Shown: positions 1 through 13,975 of the stretch, one piece after another | Position numbering within the stretch: the stretch's first letter is position 1 | Layout of the letters: each line of letters begins with the position of its first letter | Source of the DNA: Tubulanus polymorphus | Taxonomy: Eukaryota > Animalia > Nemertea | DNA length: 64,000 nt | Direction: 5' to 3' | Assembly (NCBI RefSeq): GCF_964204645.1 | Contig: NC_134029.1 | Span: 20,950,950-21,014,949, forward strand | Notes under the pieces: generated by a model | Seen by the model: only the letters and a program-made list of their open reading frames with translations | Told to the model about the DNA's origin: nothing | The model's database searches: none | Program-made: the position numbers and the translations under genes

Positions 1-2646
1 GGGTAGATATACGTGCTTCATATAGATTTTCATTCCTTCATTCCTGATCAATTACTAGAAATACGTGTTGATCATCGCGAAACCAAAACATTCACTCCAT
101 ATACTGTGAATTTTGATACTTTGGTGAAACTAAATAAATTTCTAAGTAATTTCTCATGTCTATTTATGGCGTGTAAAATCAACTTAACTGTTGTTAAGCT
201 CGTTTATATTCACATCTATTTCCGATAATCTCAGATCATCTACATATAGAAATTGGGTTATAACAAATCTAAAACGCAAAAAATGAAAAATGGTGGTACA
301 TGTACTAACAGCTGACTGATTTCATAACAGTTGAAACGAACACTTCTAGATTCATACGCATTTTCGAGTTGCATAGTTGACTTTTCAATTTTTCAATCTT
401 AACGGCTACAGAATAAGACACTCATATTGTGATATTCAGTATGACAACGTTGTGTGGAAGGCTTGATTTAGAATTCTTTGAAAATTCCTTTTTGTAATTG
501 TAGGATCTCTTCACAACGAGCGTTCGAACAATTCGTCAAAACGTTCTCAAGAATCCCGAAAAGGTAAAAGGTCAGAAGCTACGAAAATGTTTTCGATGTC
601 GATTGAGCATTTGAGACAAACAAATAACCGCGCGGAAGCCATTTCCGACAATCAACGACGAACCACGCGGTGAATCGATGGTGACATTTTAAACATCAAT
701 AACTCCCAGACTCGGGACGTTTCAGTTCGCAGAACTGTATGTATTTTCGATAACTTTTATCGCGCGATAAAAGCGACGATATCAACGATTATACAAGACG
801 GATCTGGGGATAGTATTTGATTTTCTAATCACGATTGATCCAGTGATCGATCACATTGAACTGCTTCCAATCAGTAACTGCTTTGATTGATACGCGTGGG
901 CGGCGGAAGCGCAACTGAGCCGTTATTAATGCACAGTCCACACCGAGAGCACGGGGAACTAACTTACAGCAATAACACTTATTCGCTCAACGATGGATCG
1001 TGATGTCATTATGAACGTTCAGGAAATATATTAGATACGGTCAATTTCCCTCGTCGAGAATTGGCGTAAAGTGTCCTCATTTTCGAGGCGCTTTAGCCCG
1101 TTATGATACGATGCGACAACAAAAAGTCCATCATTGTTATCTAATCTTTGAAAGAAAGTTCATTTTGCATCGTGTGAAATTAACATTTAGTCCAGTTTGG
1201 CACCGAAAGAAAATATAACTCTATACCATTTCACTAATCGTCTATAGAACACAATAATCACGGCTTTCATCTTCTTATGTTTGTTTTCATGTGTTTACAT
1301 TTCAAAGCGATGCTGATCAAATGAAGTGGAAGTAACTCCATTTTCTTCAGAGGCATTATAATATTAATTGCCGCTGGTATTTATGCGTGTTTACTGGCAG
1401 ACTCGTCTTTCAACCGTGTCCATCTCAAAGAACATCAAAACACATTTTCAGGTTTTTTTTCCACTTTGAAATTCGGCAAAAAACGAAAACATATAAAATT
1501 GATCAGTTTTCTCATTCAGTTTCCTCCTATACCGCATTTTGACTTTTCATTCTGTGTTTATTTTTTTATCACGACCTGAGCAATTTCAAACTTTGTTCGC
1601 TGATAATCTTGAGATAATCCGTCGTCTTATCTCGAATAGAATGTAGTTTTATCTCATCGAAATAGCGTGCCCTGTCAGACGGGGGTGTACAAAGTTATGC
1701 GAAGGGTTAACACTTTGTTCCACAGATTGCCGTAACTCTTTGAACTGTGAAAACGACAAGCAAACGATGGAAACAAGCCAATTAATTTTTCGATGTATCA
1801 GAAGGCAGCGATTCTATAAATCAAGCTAATTCGATGAAATATGGAGACGTGGGAATTTGAAGCGCTAGTGAAATGTTTAAAGGATGGTTGGTCAACGCCG
1901 CAAAACATTCATCGAAATGAATGCAATATCATCGTTTAAAGTTAAGGGAAGTTTTCGTTACTTTATCGGTGAAATATTTCACGGCTTTCACGCCGTTGCA
2001 GTAACAAAAACCAGAGATAATTGGAATGTTCACGCTCAAAGCGTGATGAGCTTTTACGCACTCTCGACGTTCTTAGAATTGGGCGAAATCGAGATACAAC
2101 AACGCGGACAATGATGTCTGAAAATATTGATAAAATCAGGCAAGTTTCTCGCAATCGGGTCAGTGCGGGGGAGGAATCGTGCAGTATACTAGACGCGCAC
2201 AATTCAATTACTGTTGGAGTAGTATGGTTTCGTCAGACGGATAGGATGGGAGCGAGTAGAAAAACGGTCGTTAAAACTTATTGTCTACCATCGGTCATCA
2301 CGTGATAACACGTGATACTCCGTATAAATACAGACGGGGCTCTCGGACGATCGCCATATAGTTTATAAGACTCAAGACGAAGCGCTGTGAAAAACATTTT
2401 TTCATTTTTCATTCGGTGTATGACTCTAAATATGTGTGGCAAAAAGTTTGACTTTCTCAGGAAATGGAATTGACATTGAATTTTTACTGCAAGCATAGCG
2501 AGCGTTTTGTTGTTTGATGGTTATGAATTCTACCCAAGTAAGATTTCATCGCTGTGAAAGATATTGCAACTAATAATACGACATATCTAATGAAGTGAAC
2601 TGCGGATTTTACAAGCTCTGAAAGATTGGTGGTTTAAGTCGTAATA

Positions 2647-5356
2647 ATGGACGTCTGTGATATGTTTACGTTAGTGATGTATGTAACGATGGTTTTTACT
2701 GGTGTTGAAGGATTGATTTGTCCTCCCTGCGAGAGGATACATTGTAGTTTGACTCGCTCGCAGATGAAATGTCCAGGTGGCCTGTCTACCGGCGTCTGTG
2801 ACTGTTGCCCCGCGTGCGCCAAGATTCACGGCCAAAAATGCGGCGGCGATTGGAACTATTTGGGTAAATGTGACGAAGGTTTGATCTGTCAACCGGATCC
2901 ATTGTCTGCCCTGCGCAGACGAGTACCCACTGGGAGATGCGTTAAAGGTATGACCAATAACTGTTTATCGATAAATCGCATCTTTCTTCGTCGAAAATAA
3001 CCAAACGACTCTTTGCTTTTATCAAATATTTTTCGTTTATACCGACTGCTTTTATACCGACATCGATTTTCAGTCTTTCGTTTATTTCTATGTGAATCAA
3101 CTACGGAAAGATATCAAAACTTTTAATAGATTTCATAAAGACTTTGTTGCTAATGTTAGAAATAAATCGATCAATCTAATTTTGAGCTCGAAGGTGTAAT
3201 CACGTACATTTCTGGTTTTATGACTAATAATGATCATTTGATAGTCTCGATAATGGGTTGTCATTGCTATTCTTAAATACGTACTCAATGACCAGGACGT
3301 TGAGGGCCTGATCGAATGTATTTCTTTGACTTTATCAACTTCCAATCTTGACATCGCTTATTATTGATATATAAATATTATTACTCGAGTAACTTATCAG
3401 ATATTGCGTGGTATTTTTTGGCAAAATGGGTTAATTGTCATATAGTAAAATTCAAACCCATACCGTAGATTCCGAATACTTGAACTATTTGGTCTACGTC
3501 CAATATTCTATTTATACCAGGTAGAATTTTTTGACGTCGTAAAACCGTTACAAAAGTGTTTCACATATTGATAACTGCTATGCGTTATCTAAGGGGTACT
3601 GTATGAGTCGATGTGTACAACGTCATCAATATTGGTGTTTCAAGATAGCGTTTTACTATTGTGCGTTAATTTTGTAAAAAGACACAATTCATACGACTTT
3701 CATTCTCTTTTTAATGTATTTTCATGTCTTTTGAATGAATTTTTGAGTTGATGCGCACTACGTCATCAATATTGGTTGCCGGTCAATTCAATTCAATTGT
3801 CGATTTGTTTTTCAAAATCACTTCATTCTCCTCAACATAATATAATTCATCCTCGACAATACTATGCATTATTGTTATACATGTATGTTATTTTCTAAGT
3901 TAGTTTTCCTGTTACGAATTTGTTCAATGAAAAAATGTTTTAAATCAGTGCAGTGAGTGATGTTCTGCGACGTTCTCTTTCAGGTTTATCAAATCGTTCT
4001 TTCCATAAAGACGCCTCGTATATGCTGCACGCATCGTACAATTATTGTCAACCGTTGTGTACGGTAGAATATTGCATTCGACACCCAAGAGCAATTTGCT
4101 CTGCCAGGTAATACGCCAAGCATCCTTGTATAAACATGCGCTAAAATGAACTTCGATATACACGGTCCGATCAATGGGTTTATAGTTCTAAAAATCTAAA
4201 ATTGGCGGTGAGATTTCATTTCATAAAGTAATTCATAGATATACGAATTCATTTAATCAAAAATATACAATCACAAACAAGTGTTTGTTTTAATCAACGC
4301 GCGCAGTGACGTCACGCAGAGCGATCAGCGTTAAACGGTCCAAAAATCTATCGTATCGATACTAATACATACACACGGCCAGACTCTTTCATTTGAAGCC
4401 AAAAACGTATTGATTCAAAGCGCCAGCCCGCGACAAAGTTTCGCCGTTAGCCTTTTAGAGTATAGATATCTGTAACTATGGAGGGACTGATATTAATCTC
4501 AGTATTTAGAGTTAATAAGTAAAAGCCCGCACACACGCTTCAATATCAACTCTGGGTTTTTACTCGTTAACTATGGAGGGGTTTCTTTACGCAGTTTAAG
4601 AATGTTAAAATCTTCTTAATACTGAACTGAAACTACCGATTTCGTTATTTAAGGCAAAACGCTGAAAATGCTCAGAGATGTCAGGGACCATGTGACCACA
4701 CGTCGTGTAGAGCTTGCCAGTTTACCAATGCGGAACCGCGTTGTGAATCGTGTGATCCAGGCGATTTCAGCTGTTTTCGTCGATTCGGGCGCTGCATCAA
4801 AAAGCGGCGATGTTTGAAACCGTTTTATCCGTGTAAACTCAAAGTAAGTGTTCACTATCAAACGATATCCACTCAATTTAGTATTTCATCTTGAATATAT
4901 AATTGTATGGGTCTAGCTATATTCTATCATTTTGTCTTTTATATTATGTTTTTGAACATTTATGATTTTAAACACTGACCATTCAGGAGTGGTTCCAAGG
5001 GGAGGGTGCAGGAGGTGCGTAACTCCTTCTAAAAAAGTGTAAAGTTGTCCTGAAATTTTACGGGAATATGAAAAATATCAAATTGATACATAAAACTGTT
5101 TAGATTTATACGCTTCTTCTCCGTATTTCCAAGAAATGAGTTAATCCTTTGCAATGAGCTTTTTTTCGGGTTGCCCTCTTAATGGGGATGCATCCCTCTC
5201 TGAATCAGACCCTACATCCTCCCCTGCTTTTCTTGAATATTCTTTTACGGTGTAACATTGACTTTGTACCATTTATATCAATATTTTTAGGACTCAGGTG
5301 GAGGAATATTCAAATGTTTGGTGCCAGAGTGTCCAGAAAATGTCGTCCAGCAATGA
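2647..5356 (+). CDS. Secreted IGFBP N-terminal (IB, CRIM1-type) domain protein with a C-terminal 16-Cys region; 4 exons (2647-2947, 3984-4107, 4654-4843, 5291-5356), about 226 aa
   Basis: Hydrophobic N-terminus, then a 12-Cys IB pattern (CPPC...CPGG...VCDCCPAC...CGG...C..GL.C...C). Three GT-AG introns with compatible phases (1,2,0) give an open frame to TGA 5354-5356. TATA-like TATAAATA near 2323. Confidence 0.8.
4984..5226. mobile_element. MITE-like element of the CAGGGGCGGATC(C/T)AG-ended family (intronic)
   Basis: Degenerate TIRs caggagtggttccaagg...ccctacatcctcccctg. Its reverse complement is clearly homologous to the copy at 47209. Confidence 0.6.
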
Positions 5357-6757
5357 GTCGAACTATCGTTTTTGAACCGATACAACTAATTGGACAATCA
5401 TCAATATTTACGATAATATTACAAATTCCAACACGCAAAACATATGTTCTTTTCTGTTTCCAACCTGGTGGTAACTTTTATTTCGAGGCAGTTTAGTTAA
5501 ATCGTGCGCAACGCGCGGTTTAGCACCGCCGAGGACAGGTGTAACATTCTATACCTGATTTCAATGGCGGCTAGTCCATTCTCCGGCAATGATATCAACG
5601 AATCACGGCATCGGTAACAATAGGATGTTCGTTCCGCCGGAACAATTCGAATCATCTTTTTATGGTATAATCGATACAGGTACTACACCGGGTCATCTGG
5701 TTTGACTGTGTGCGTCTGAACCGGTTTTTTGTCGATTCAACGCTAATGGACGGTAAAATGATGGACAATTATATGTATCGCAGATCTTTATTCATCATAG
5801 ATCGAATCTTGTATATTTTTTGCCGATTTCAAACGGCGTTCAAAAATTTCAGATATCATAGCATTTCTCTTGCATTGCACCTCAACTAAGTTGAACCGGC
5901 AAAATTAGTCCGGTAGGCGAAATCCGAGTAAGGATAGGACTCAGGAGAAGATGTTAGGAAATTAGAAAGATGATTTCGTTTTTGTTCGAATTTTAGTCAT
6001 AATTCCGAGTTTGTCATGTCCCAGTAAGGAGAAGTTTAATGTAGGAAAAAAACAACTTTTCAAATATTTCAAATCACTGAAACAATAAATCGTTTTGAGT
6101 ACTTGTCTCAGTGTAAATCATAGAAGAATAGATTTGAGCGTGTTTTGCCGGTTTGCTTATCAGACTTTCAGAATCGGAACGTTGTAATAATTTGTCGCCG
6201 TTTTATGGGAATTTACATTCGCTTCGCTACTCACGATATATTTCAATGCGCTTTCAGTAAACTATCCAATTACTAAATTACCGATTGATAATAGATGTGT
6301 CCCGCGGTTATTGTGATGTTACTGTGTGAAAAAGACGATCAGATCATGTCTGAATGGCGTGTTGACGTTATGTACTATCGTGACTGATTTGCAGGTCAGG
6401 AGACACCCGCGGTGTCGCATATTGACTTCTGCGCCTTTATGTCGTCACCGCTTACGAAAAAAGGAAACCATTTACAGAAAACAATTTATGCAGAAAATTA
6501 CAACAAAAATATTTTTTGATGTATCAAAATCGTGTTTACAAAAATAATGCATATTCAATCGTTAAAGCAAATGTTATTAAAAGAAATAACAAAAAATCGA
6601 TCGATTTTAAGCGCGTTGGTACGGTACCTACTTTAAAATGAATTCTAAAAATCGTCGCTTAGATCTACGTATCTGAACTTTCTATTTCAATAAAACCAGG
6701 CATTTTGTTTTCAACGCATTTTAAACACCGAGTCCATTCAATTTCCGTTCAAGAGTT

Positions 6758-7564
6758 TCAATCATCAAGGCCAACAACATCGATAATTTCATCGTCATCA
6801 TCATCATCGCCGTGATCAACGTCACTCGGCTGGTCGTGATGCTGAAATTTTTCATCAATTTGTAAATTTAGTCGCGAAATCGTTTGATAAACTCCGCAAT
6901 AGTCAGCGACCGACTGCGGAACTCTGAATCCAATATCGGCTGGTCTGGTGTATGAGAACTGTAAGAAATCGAACGTCATTGTTTGCTGTAGATTTGGATA
7001 ATGTCCGACGGATCGCATCAGACGACTTTCCAGGCAAATCGAGCATCGACAGTACTGTTCGAACCGTCGCAAGTTACCCGCCGGTAACAAGCACGGATAG
7101 ACGGGTTTGGGAGCCACGATTTGTGAATGCGGATTCGGACGGTTAGGCGAAATTTCCCGGATGAGATCGGCGGCTTTACTAGACGGATGCGAAACTTTGA
7201 TCGAACGCCGATTATGAACTTTCATGTGTCGGTCGAGATTAGACTTGTGGCTCGTGGCGTAGTCGCAGTTGATACATTTGAACTCTTTTTTACCGGTATG
7301 GACGGCGTAGTGCCTTTTCAGTAAAGCCTTTCGACAGAAATTACGGCCACATTCTCGGCACTGGTAGCCGTTGCGATGGCTGATGTAGTTGTGTTGTCTA
7401 ATTGCGGCTTTATCAGAGAAATAGATACCGCAGCATTGAAGCGGTGATATCGCCGCGGTATGCATCGCCTGGACGTGTCGCCTCAGATTATTTCTACGAT
7501 TTGTCGCATAACTGCATTCTGGGCAGATGTGCCCTCTCGCTGTACTATCACCATCCTGCTCCAT
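6758..7564 (-). CDS. C2H2 zinc-finger protein, single coding exon, about 268 aa (3 canonical fingers + 1 CC-type finger, acidic C-terminus)
   Basis: CPEC..H..H, CREC..H..H-TGKKEF-CINC..H..H with a TGEKP-like linker. First ATG of the ORF is at 7564. Confidence 0.85.
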   Translation of the reverse strand: MEQDGDSTARGHICPECSYATNRRNNLRRHVQAMHTAAISPLQCCGIYFSDKAAIRQHNYISHRNGYQCRECGRNFCRKALLKRHYAVHTGKKEFKCINCDYATSHKSNLDRHMKVHNRRSIKVSHPSSKAADLIREISPNRPNPHSQIVAPKPVYPCLLPAGNLRRFEQYCRCSICLESRLMRSVGHYPNLQQTMTFDFLQFSYTRPADIGFRVPQSVADYCGVYQTISRLNLQIDEKFQHHDQPSDVDHGDDDDDDEIIDVVGLDD

Positions 7565-9736
7565 AACTATAACAAAAAGTTTCAAATCTTTAAAAAACAC
7601 TTTGTTCAAAACGGTCAATTGAATTTTTCATTCCAAAAAGAATGTTCTAGATATGTAAAGAGATTATAGAAATTATTTTTTGTCGATTTCATGAAAGTTT
7701 CAACGTACCTGTTATGCGCGCTGAGATGCTTTTTCCTTGTTTCTATTTCGCGTATCAAAAAATAATTTACTCCCCTGCAAAAACTGTCGACTTATTCCCG
7801 CGGCGATCGTCTCGTTTTAAGAGTCGTGAGGTAATTTCCACGTCTTTTTGCACGCGGGCGGGGATTTCTCTCGAGGAACAGTTGGCGCGATTGTGAAGAA
7901 AAAGTTCACTATACGATCGTAATTACCCGCACGACAAGTCTCCAAACTTCCATTCACACCCGACGAATAAATAATCACCAGAAATACTTACTTTCTGTCG
8001 ATTCGCAATAGTGAAATTGCCGTCTAATTGATCTTCTGATATTATCAGTACATACATATTTCATGAATCTCCGAATAAAGAATCATTGGATGCAACGCGC
8101 AGGGTACTATACCTGAAAGCTTACTTAGCTGATTAAATATTAAATTGCAACGCTCACTTTTTATTGAGAGTCTTAAAGGAAAAAAAGAGAAAATTGTGTC
8201 GTGACTAAATAATTTCTTTGTCTGTGAGAAGAAGAGGAGATAAATTCTTTCGATGTATACGAGTACAAGACTGAAAACTCAGAGCAAACTCATATTTACT
8301 ATGATGACCCGTGGACTGGTTCCGTGCGCTTTTATTATGAATGCAGTGCAGAAAATGGATTGATCGTTATTGATACCGATGAATCGAAAAAAATTGGAAT
8401 CCGATAAAAATATATGTATCTCAATTTATGATGTTCTAGAATTTCACGTAGAGGAAAATCAAAGCTTATCCGTTTTCTGTCTTTTCTTTGAAATTCTATA
8501 CATGTTCTCTAAACCGTAACAGAACGAGGGGTAACTTATATATATGAGCTATTAACGCTTAACCAACAAAAACGTCAGATCATCCTTTTTCACAGACAAC
8601 AGAATCGGAGAATGAAACAATTCAATTACTGAAACAAGTCTAGTTGTGAGATATACCACTCAATTGCCTCACGGCATAAACATTTCATTTAACACGTCCC
8701 AAAAAACGGTACCATATACACTCCTAAGTATTAATTGCTGGGGGTCTTGTAGGCTAATCAAATAGATCTTAGGCAATACCTGGGTGCAATGGGACGTTAC
8801 TTAATATTTCTACATCTTTTATGTCCTTTAGGACACGAGCAAAACGACGGCTTTACGTTAAATCAATCGATTGTTTACCGCTATATATATTGTAATCATC
8901 GCACTTAACAATGAAACCGCAGAATTATTGAAATACCATTATATGCAATTCAAGAAATTTACAACAAACTGTAAGAGATAAAAGAAATGTTTTGAGGTTG
9001 CATTTAAAAGCATCGACGGATTCCCGAATACAGTAAAACATTCCATCTCATTCCGTCGTTTTATTCATTAAGAGAGTAGGCCAGCCTACCAACTACGTTC
9101 ATCATTTGAGGAAATTTACGTTCATTCTATAATGAAAGTGTCTCTCACGTGCCGACCGCCGGGTCACGTGTGTCGATACGAGAGTCAAATGTCCAAATCT
9201 CCGAATCCGATTGCCGGTGCGACCGTGCCCAAAATCGCGACCGGCTTTTACGCGTATCCTGATAAAGCGTTATCAACCAATCAGATGCGAGTATTTAGTA
9301 AACAACTATTCACTGCTGAATTATTTCCTGATTTTTGTCAAATTCTCCACGTCACGAAAAACACATCAAAATTACATTGTTTTATCCTGAAATTACGCCA
9401 TCCGTTGACCTGTCCTTACCAGTGAAGCGTTATGTTCATTGTCGAGTACTAGGTGCTTGTGAACAAACGGCTGTCATGGATTGATTTGATGAAAAAAGGT
9501 AGTTATTTTACGTTTTTTAAACAAAAATCACTTCACAGGCTTTTTGCCTTATATTGATGACAGTATGTATTGTAATTTATATTATATTGATGACAGCATG
9601 TATTGTCATGTGTAAGCCATAGTAGTTAGTAACTTAATCGTTGGTGGTATCCAGCTTTTGTAATCAGATGGATTTATACCAACGTGAAAATATTTGATGG
9701 TGAAACTGAAATAACTACCGCGCACTATGATTCCTA

Positions 9737-9881
9737 ACTTGACACAAAAGGATTTTGACCCCAGTATCCTAGGTACTATAGGTATATAAAGATACAAACT
9801 TTTTAACTTATTTAAGTTTTAAGTTTTTTATATAAGTACTGGTACCTAGGATACTGGGGTCAAAATCCTTTTGTGTCAAGT
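9737..9881. repeat. Inverted repeat / fold-back element upstream of the FBXO8 start codon (probable 5'UTR intron)
   Basis: Perfect 40-bp arms 9737-9776 and 9842-9881 (acttgacacaaaaggattttgaccccagtatcctaggtac); AT-rich, partly symmetric spacer. Confidence 0.8.
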
Positions 9882-10253
9882 CCCGTGGGCAGCTTGGTTG
9901 GTTTTCTGCCGAAGGTCTTGAATTCCCGATTACTACATAGATTAAGTTCAGAGAGCATTGTTCGGTGTCAATTAAATTGATTTTATGCATTTTCCGATAC
10001 CCTCGATGAAAATATATTATCTGCTATGGTGCCAAGTGTGATGGATATGCAAGGACACAGACACATACCTGCAAATGATACTCATTCCACGAGGGTCTTG
10101 CAATATCGAGATAGATAAATAGACATTTGACCAAGAGTTGAAATAATGATCGGAAACTGCAGTGATTTTTCTTTTGCATACATTTGTAGATTCACTGTGT
10201 AAAGGACTATACATCATATCCCGGAACGCTGACTGGACTACGTTAATAAAAGA

Positions 10254-12135
10254 ATGGGCCAAGTTCTACGGAAACTGCACGAAATTGAAGTGGAACGCGT
10301 CGACAAGGACAAAGAGAATGGTATTCACACGGTGTCAACATTCCCAAATCTTACCGAATTGCCGCCGGAATTGAGTTATCTGATACTCTCTAACCTCAAC
10401 GCTACCGACCTTTGTTTGGCGTCTTGTGTTTGGGATGATTTAGCCAATGATGAACTGCTGTGGATGGGGTATGTAATTTAGACTTAAATTAATAAGACTG
10501 CTAAAATTTTCCAATCAATGTAAACTGTGTTCGTAATGTGTCTCTTTGATTTTTGCAATTAATGAAAGCAGTTTGATTAATTACTGTAAGAATATTGGTT
10601 GCATTTGAAATTATCTTAATGATTGATAATATTTCAGACTCTGTAAAAATGCTTGGCCGTATGTGTCCATATACTTCAAGGAGAAAGAACCAGGCTTTTC
10701 ATACAAAAAATTATACTTAAGACTTGACGAAGCTGTATTGACCTTCAATTCTAACCCAAATGAGGTATGATTAAGAAACTAGAAAAAAAAAATAGTTCTC
10801 AGTTTGTTTATTTTCAGAATGAATTATTATTCATGGTTATTATTGGTTGGAATTATCATTTATGGTATTATCAAAATATTTCTTAAATTTCTAGGGTATT
10901 GATTACATGATCAAACATGGACTAATTAATAATTCACCATCTGAGATTGCGCGTTTCTTACATAAAGGCAGACACATCGCATGGAAAGCCAAGCGGGATT
11001 ACTTAAATGATCGGTAAGATATCTATGTTTAAACCATAGCATCCAACAAAAAATTAGTCTTATGCTATAGAGCCCACGTAACTGTCTCTATGCTAATTTG
11101 TACACTTAAGTGCTGGAGATAATTTGAAAATTTTGAAAAATTCCACCCAAGTGCGATGTATAATGGGCACCGCAGTGAATTGAATCGATCAATGTAACTA
11201 ATATTTCAACATGTTTGACAGGTGCTGCCATCTTTCAACAGAAATATTAATGTGGATACACCGCAGTGCGATGTACTCGCAAATTTCATCACCGATTTTA
11301 ATGAAAAATACTGATAGAAAATCTTCCTGTTTTTCAGACGCGATGTATTGGATTATTTGATACAGTTGCAAAGTTTCGAGCGTCAGTTTTTACCGAATGC
11401 TCTGCGTCGATTCTTCGGTCAGATTCACGCACCTAACAGTCGAGGCAGCTATTTACACGTGCTCGTCGATAAATTCGCCGAAAGGTTTTGCGAGTGTAAT
11501 CCAGAAGTTGGACTCCCAAAAGGTAAGGTACAAAGTGCAAAGACAATTGTTCTGGCAGTTGTAACAAGCAGGGCAACTATCGTAAATAAAAAAGGATTTC
11601 TAAGGATGGGCTAGGTATAGTCAAACTGTCACTCCTTTTTGAAATCTGGTGGTACTGATGAAAAATACCAAAAGGAGTTGAAAGTGAAGATGTTGTGAAC
11701 TACCAAAAATACACCAAAATATCTACAGTGAAACAAATCAAAACGAGTCATGAGTATAGAAGATTAAAAAGTTTTATAACGGAGTTCAAAATACTCGATT
11801 CTTTAAGAATCATGATGAATTTCAAATCCATTTATACAAAGTTTTTTATGTGATTACATCATACTTCATGTTGAAACTTTGCTGCAAGCAAAAATCAGTT
11901 GTTTGTCTAGTTATTAACCTATTGTGGTCACTTGATTTCAGATTCGGTGTATGTTATTTGTTTCTCACTGATAATGCTGTCGGTTGATCTATCGAGTCCG
12001 CACGTAAAGAACAAAATGTCGAAACGGGAATTCATACGCAATACACGGCAAGCAGCTCAGGGCGTGAACGACGACTTCGCGGGACATTTATACGATAATA
12101 TCTACCTTGTTGGTCACGTCGCTCCCGAAGTTTAA
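10254..12135 (+). CDS. FBXO8: F-box only protein 8 (F-box + Sec7-like domain); exons 10254-10468, 10638-10764, 10895-11013, 11338-11522, 11942-12135
   Basis: LPPELSYLILSNLNATDLCLASCVWDDLANDELLW, QFLPNALRRFF and LSSPHVKNKMSKREFIRNTR...GHLYDNIYLVGHVA closely match vertebrate FBXO8 as recalled. Splice phases are consistent. Confidence 0.95.
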
Positions 12136-13870
12136 TAACTATTCCTATCTATTTTACCTTTGTTAGTTTCACGAATAGTATTACAACTACCCGTATAGAG
12201 AAACATTCATCCAAAAATAACAAATTAAATTACAGTATTTTCGCGCGTTGGATGAATTCACTGCGTGTGATGGGGGTCGCGTTCTCTTGTAATTTTAGAA
12301 ATTGTTTAGGGATGGTTTACAAAAGCGATTTTCATAGGGGTTATAACGTGCTACAATCTTGTCTATGATTACCTATTTTAGATCTAAATTCGAAACACTT
12401 GGGAGACAGGTTTTGGAATAAACTTTTTCATGTCTCTTCATTACAACAAGGGTTTGTATTTAACTACTAAACGTTTACATTGTAGTTGTTTTGCTGTTGT
12501 ACGTGATTGCTGTAATTTATTGAATTGCTCAATGGATGGAAATTTCTTTAGTTATTTTCGTTTTGCTGTTTGCTGTGATTGTTATTTGTTAACCAAAAAT
12601 CAACATCGCGTAAAAATCAAAATATGCGTAAATTTGACTGCGTCAAAAGAAAAATACTTGGTATAAAATACCGGAATGAGTCGTTTATTATGATAATGAT
12701 ATTGAAAATTTTTTATTTACATTGGATATTTTAATATGGTTATCTATGAAATCATTTATGGTAATAATGTTGTTAATTTAAAGGTCAACAAAACATACAT
12801 TTGTCCGGTACCAATGTCCAAAATGTAGTATAAATCTTGGAACATTCTAAGAAATGTGTTTACCCGGTTTTCTCTTGATGGGAAACTTTTGATAAATCAA
12901 TTGTTAGAATTGAAAATGCTTATTATTTTCATCGAAGAAAGACTATCGAATCGTGAAACAACTGAATTGCAATATCCAGTAGACTTTCCGTTATTTTATG
13001 GTCACTAAACGGTTAATGAATATTAATATGTCTTAAATTTGAATTGCTGTATAGATTATTCTTGCTAATGATATTGTAACTGGTTCTCGTATGCTTCGTG
13101 TATCCTTCGTTCGTACGTATATGTACCAGTACGTGATAATCAATTGTGCTGTATCAGCATTTTAACTTATCGAATTAAATTATGATGTATATTATTTATG
13201 ACGAACTGTACGAATGAATCGATTGTTTAGAACGTGTTCGAATCTCTTAACCAACAGTCGTTTAAAAATACCTACCAGCTTTCGAATATTGTTATCCTTC
13301 GCGCTGCTAACTGTAGTTCTCAACATATCTCGATCCGATATTAAATCGTTTGCGAAACAAGTTCTCGCGTTATGATAACTCTTAATAACGCACTGTGTGG
13401 CAAAATTTGTAAGTTTTTTATAAATCGTATGATAACCGAATACATGTACACCAACGAGTGTATTCACAACACGCAAGCACCGAGTCATTTTGAATTCTTC
13501 CTCCAGGAAAAAATAAAAGCCCACAATAGTTTAATGACAAAAAAGTTTATTGAAATATGAGATTTTTATCATCTGATATTTTAGTAAGTTTTTTAGTCAT
13601 TCGACTATTGATGGGATTTTTTTCATCGTTTCATCACTGATTTTGTGATCTACTAATTCATCTTCCTCTAGGATTTTCCTTTTTTCGTACATCGCTATCG
13701 TTACATGGAAATCAAGCGAAACTATCACCATCTGTTCCTTTGACAGAATCATTCCATTCATGTTTAGTCGAGTTTGTTGATAAATGGTGGAGATCATTGG
13801 CGTATTTCGTGGAAATCCATTATTTTCCCAAATCAATTCACAATAACAATTCATCCTCAGATGCAGTATC

Positions 13871-13975
13871 CAGGATCCAGTTCCACAGTTCTGATTTAAA
13901 TTTGACTCCATTGTAAATGAACTGATTTTAACCCAGAGTTAGCTCTTCTAACTCACAACTGTGAACTGGACCCAG
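13871..13975. mobile_element. Short MITE-like element
   Basis: Imperfect TIRs ggatccagttccacagtt / aactgtgaactggaccc, flanked by CAG trinucleotides. Confidence 0.5.

Noticed and set aside
1-2300. Short ORFs in the first 2.3 kb
   Set aside because: No domain signatures or exon chain; treated as the upstream region of the IGFBP-domain gene.
13192-13911. Two minus-strand ORFs of about 105-110 aa between FBXO8 and FAM47
   Set aside because: No recognisable motifs or consistent splice chain; one starts inside a MITE; probably convergent 3'UTR or intergenic sequence.
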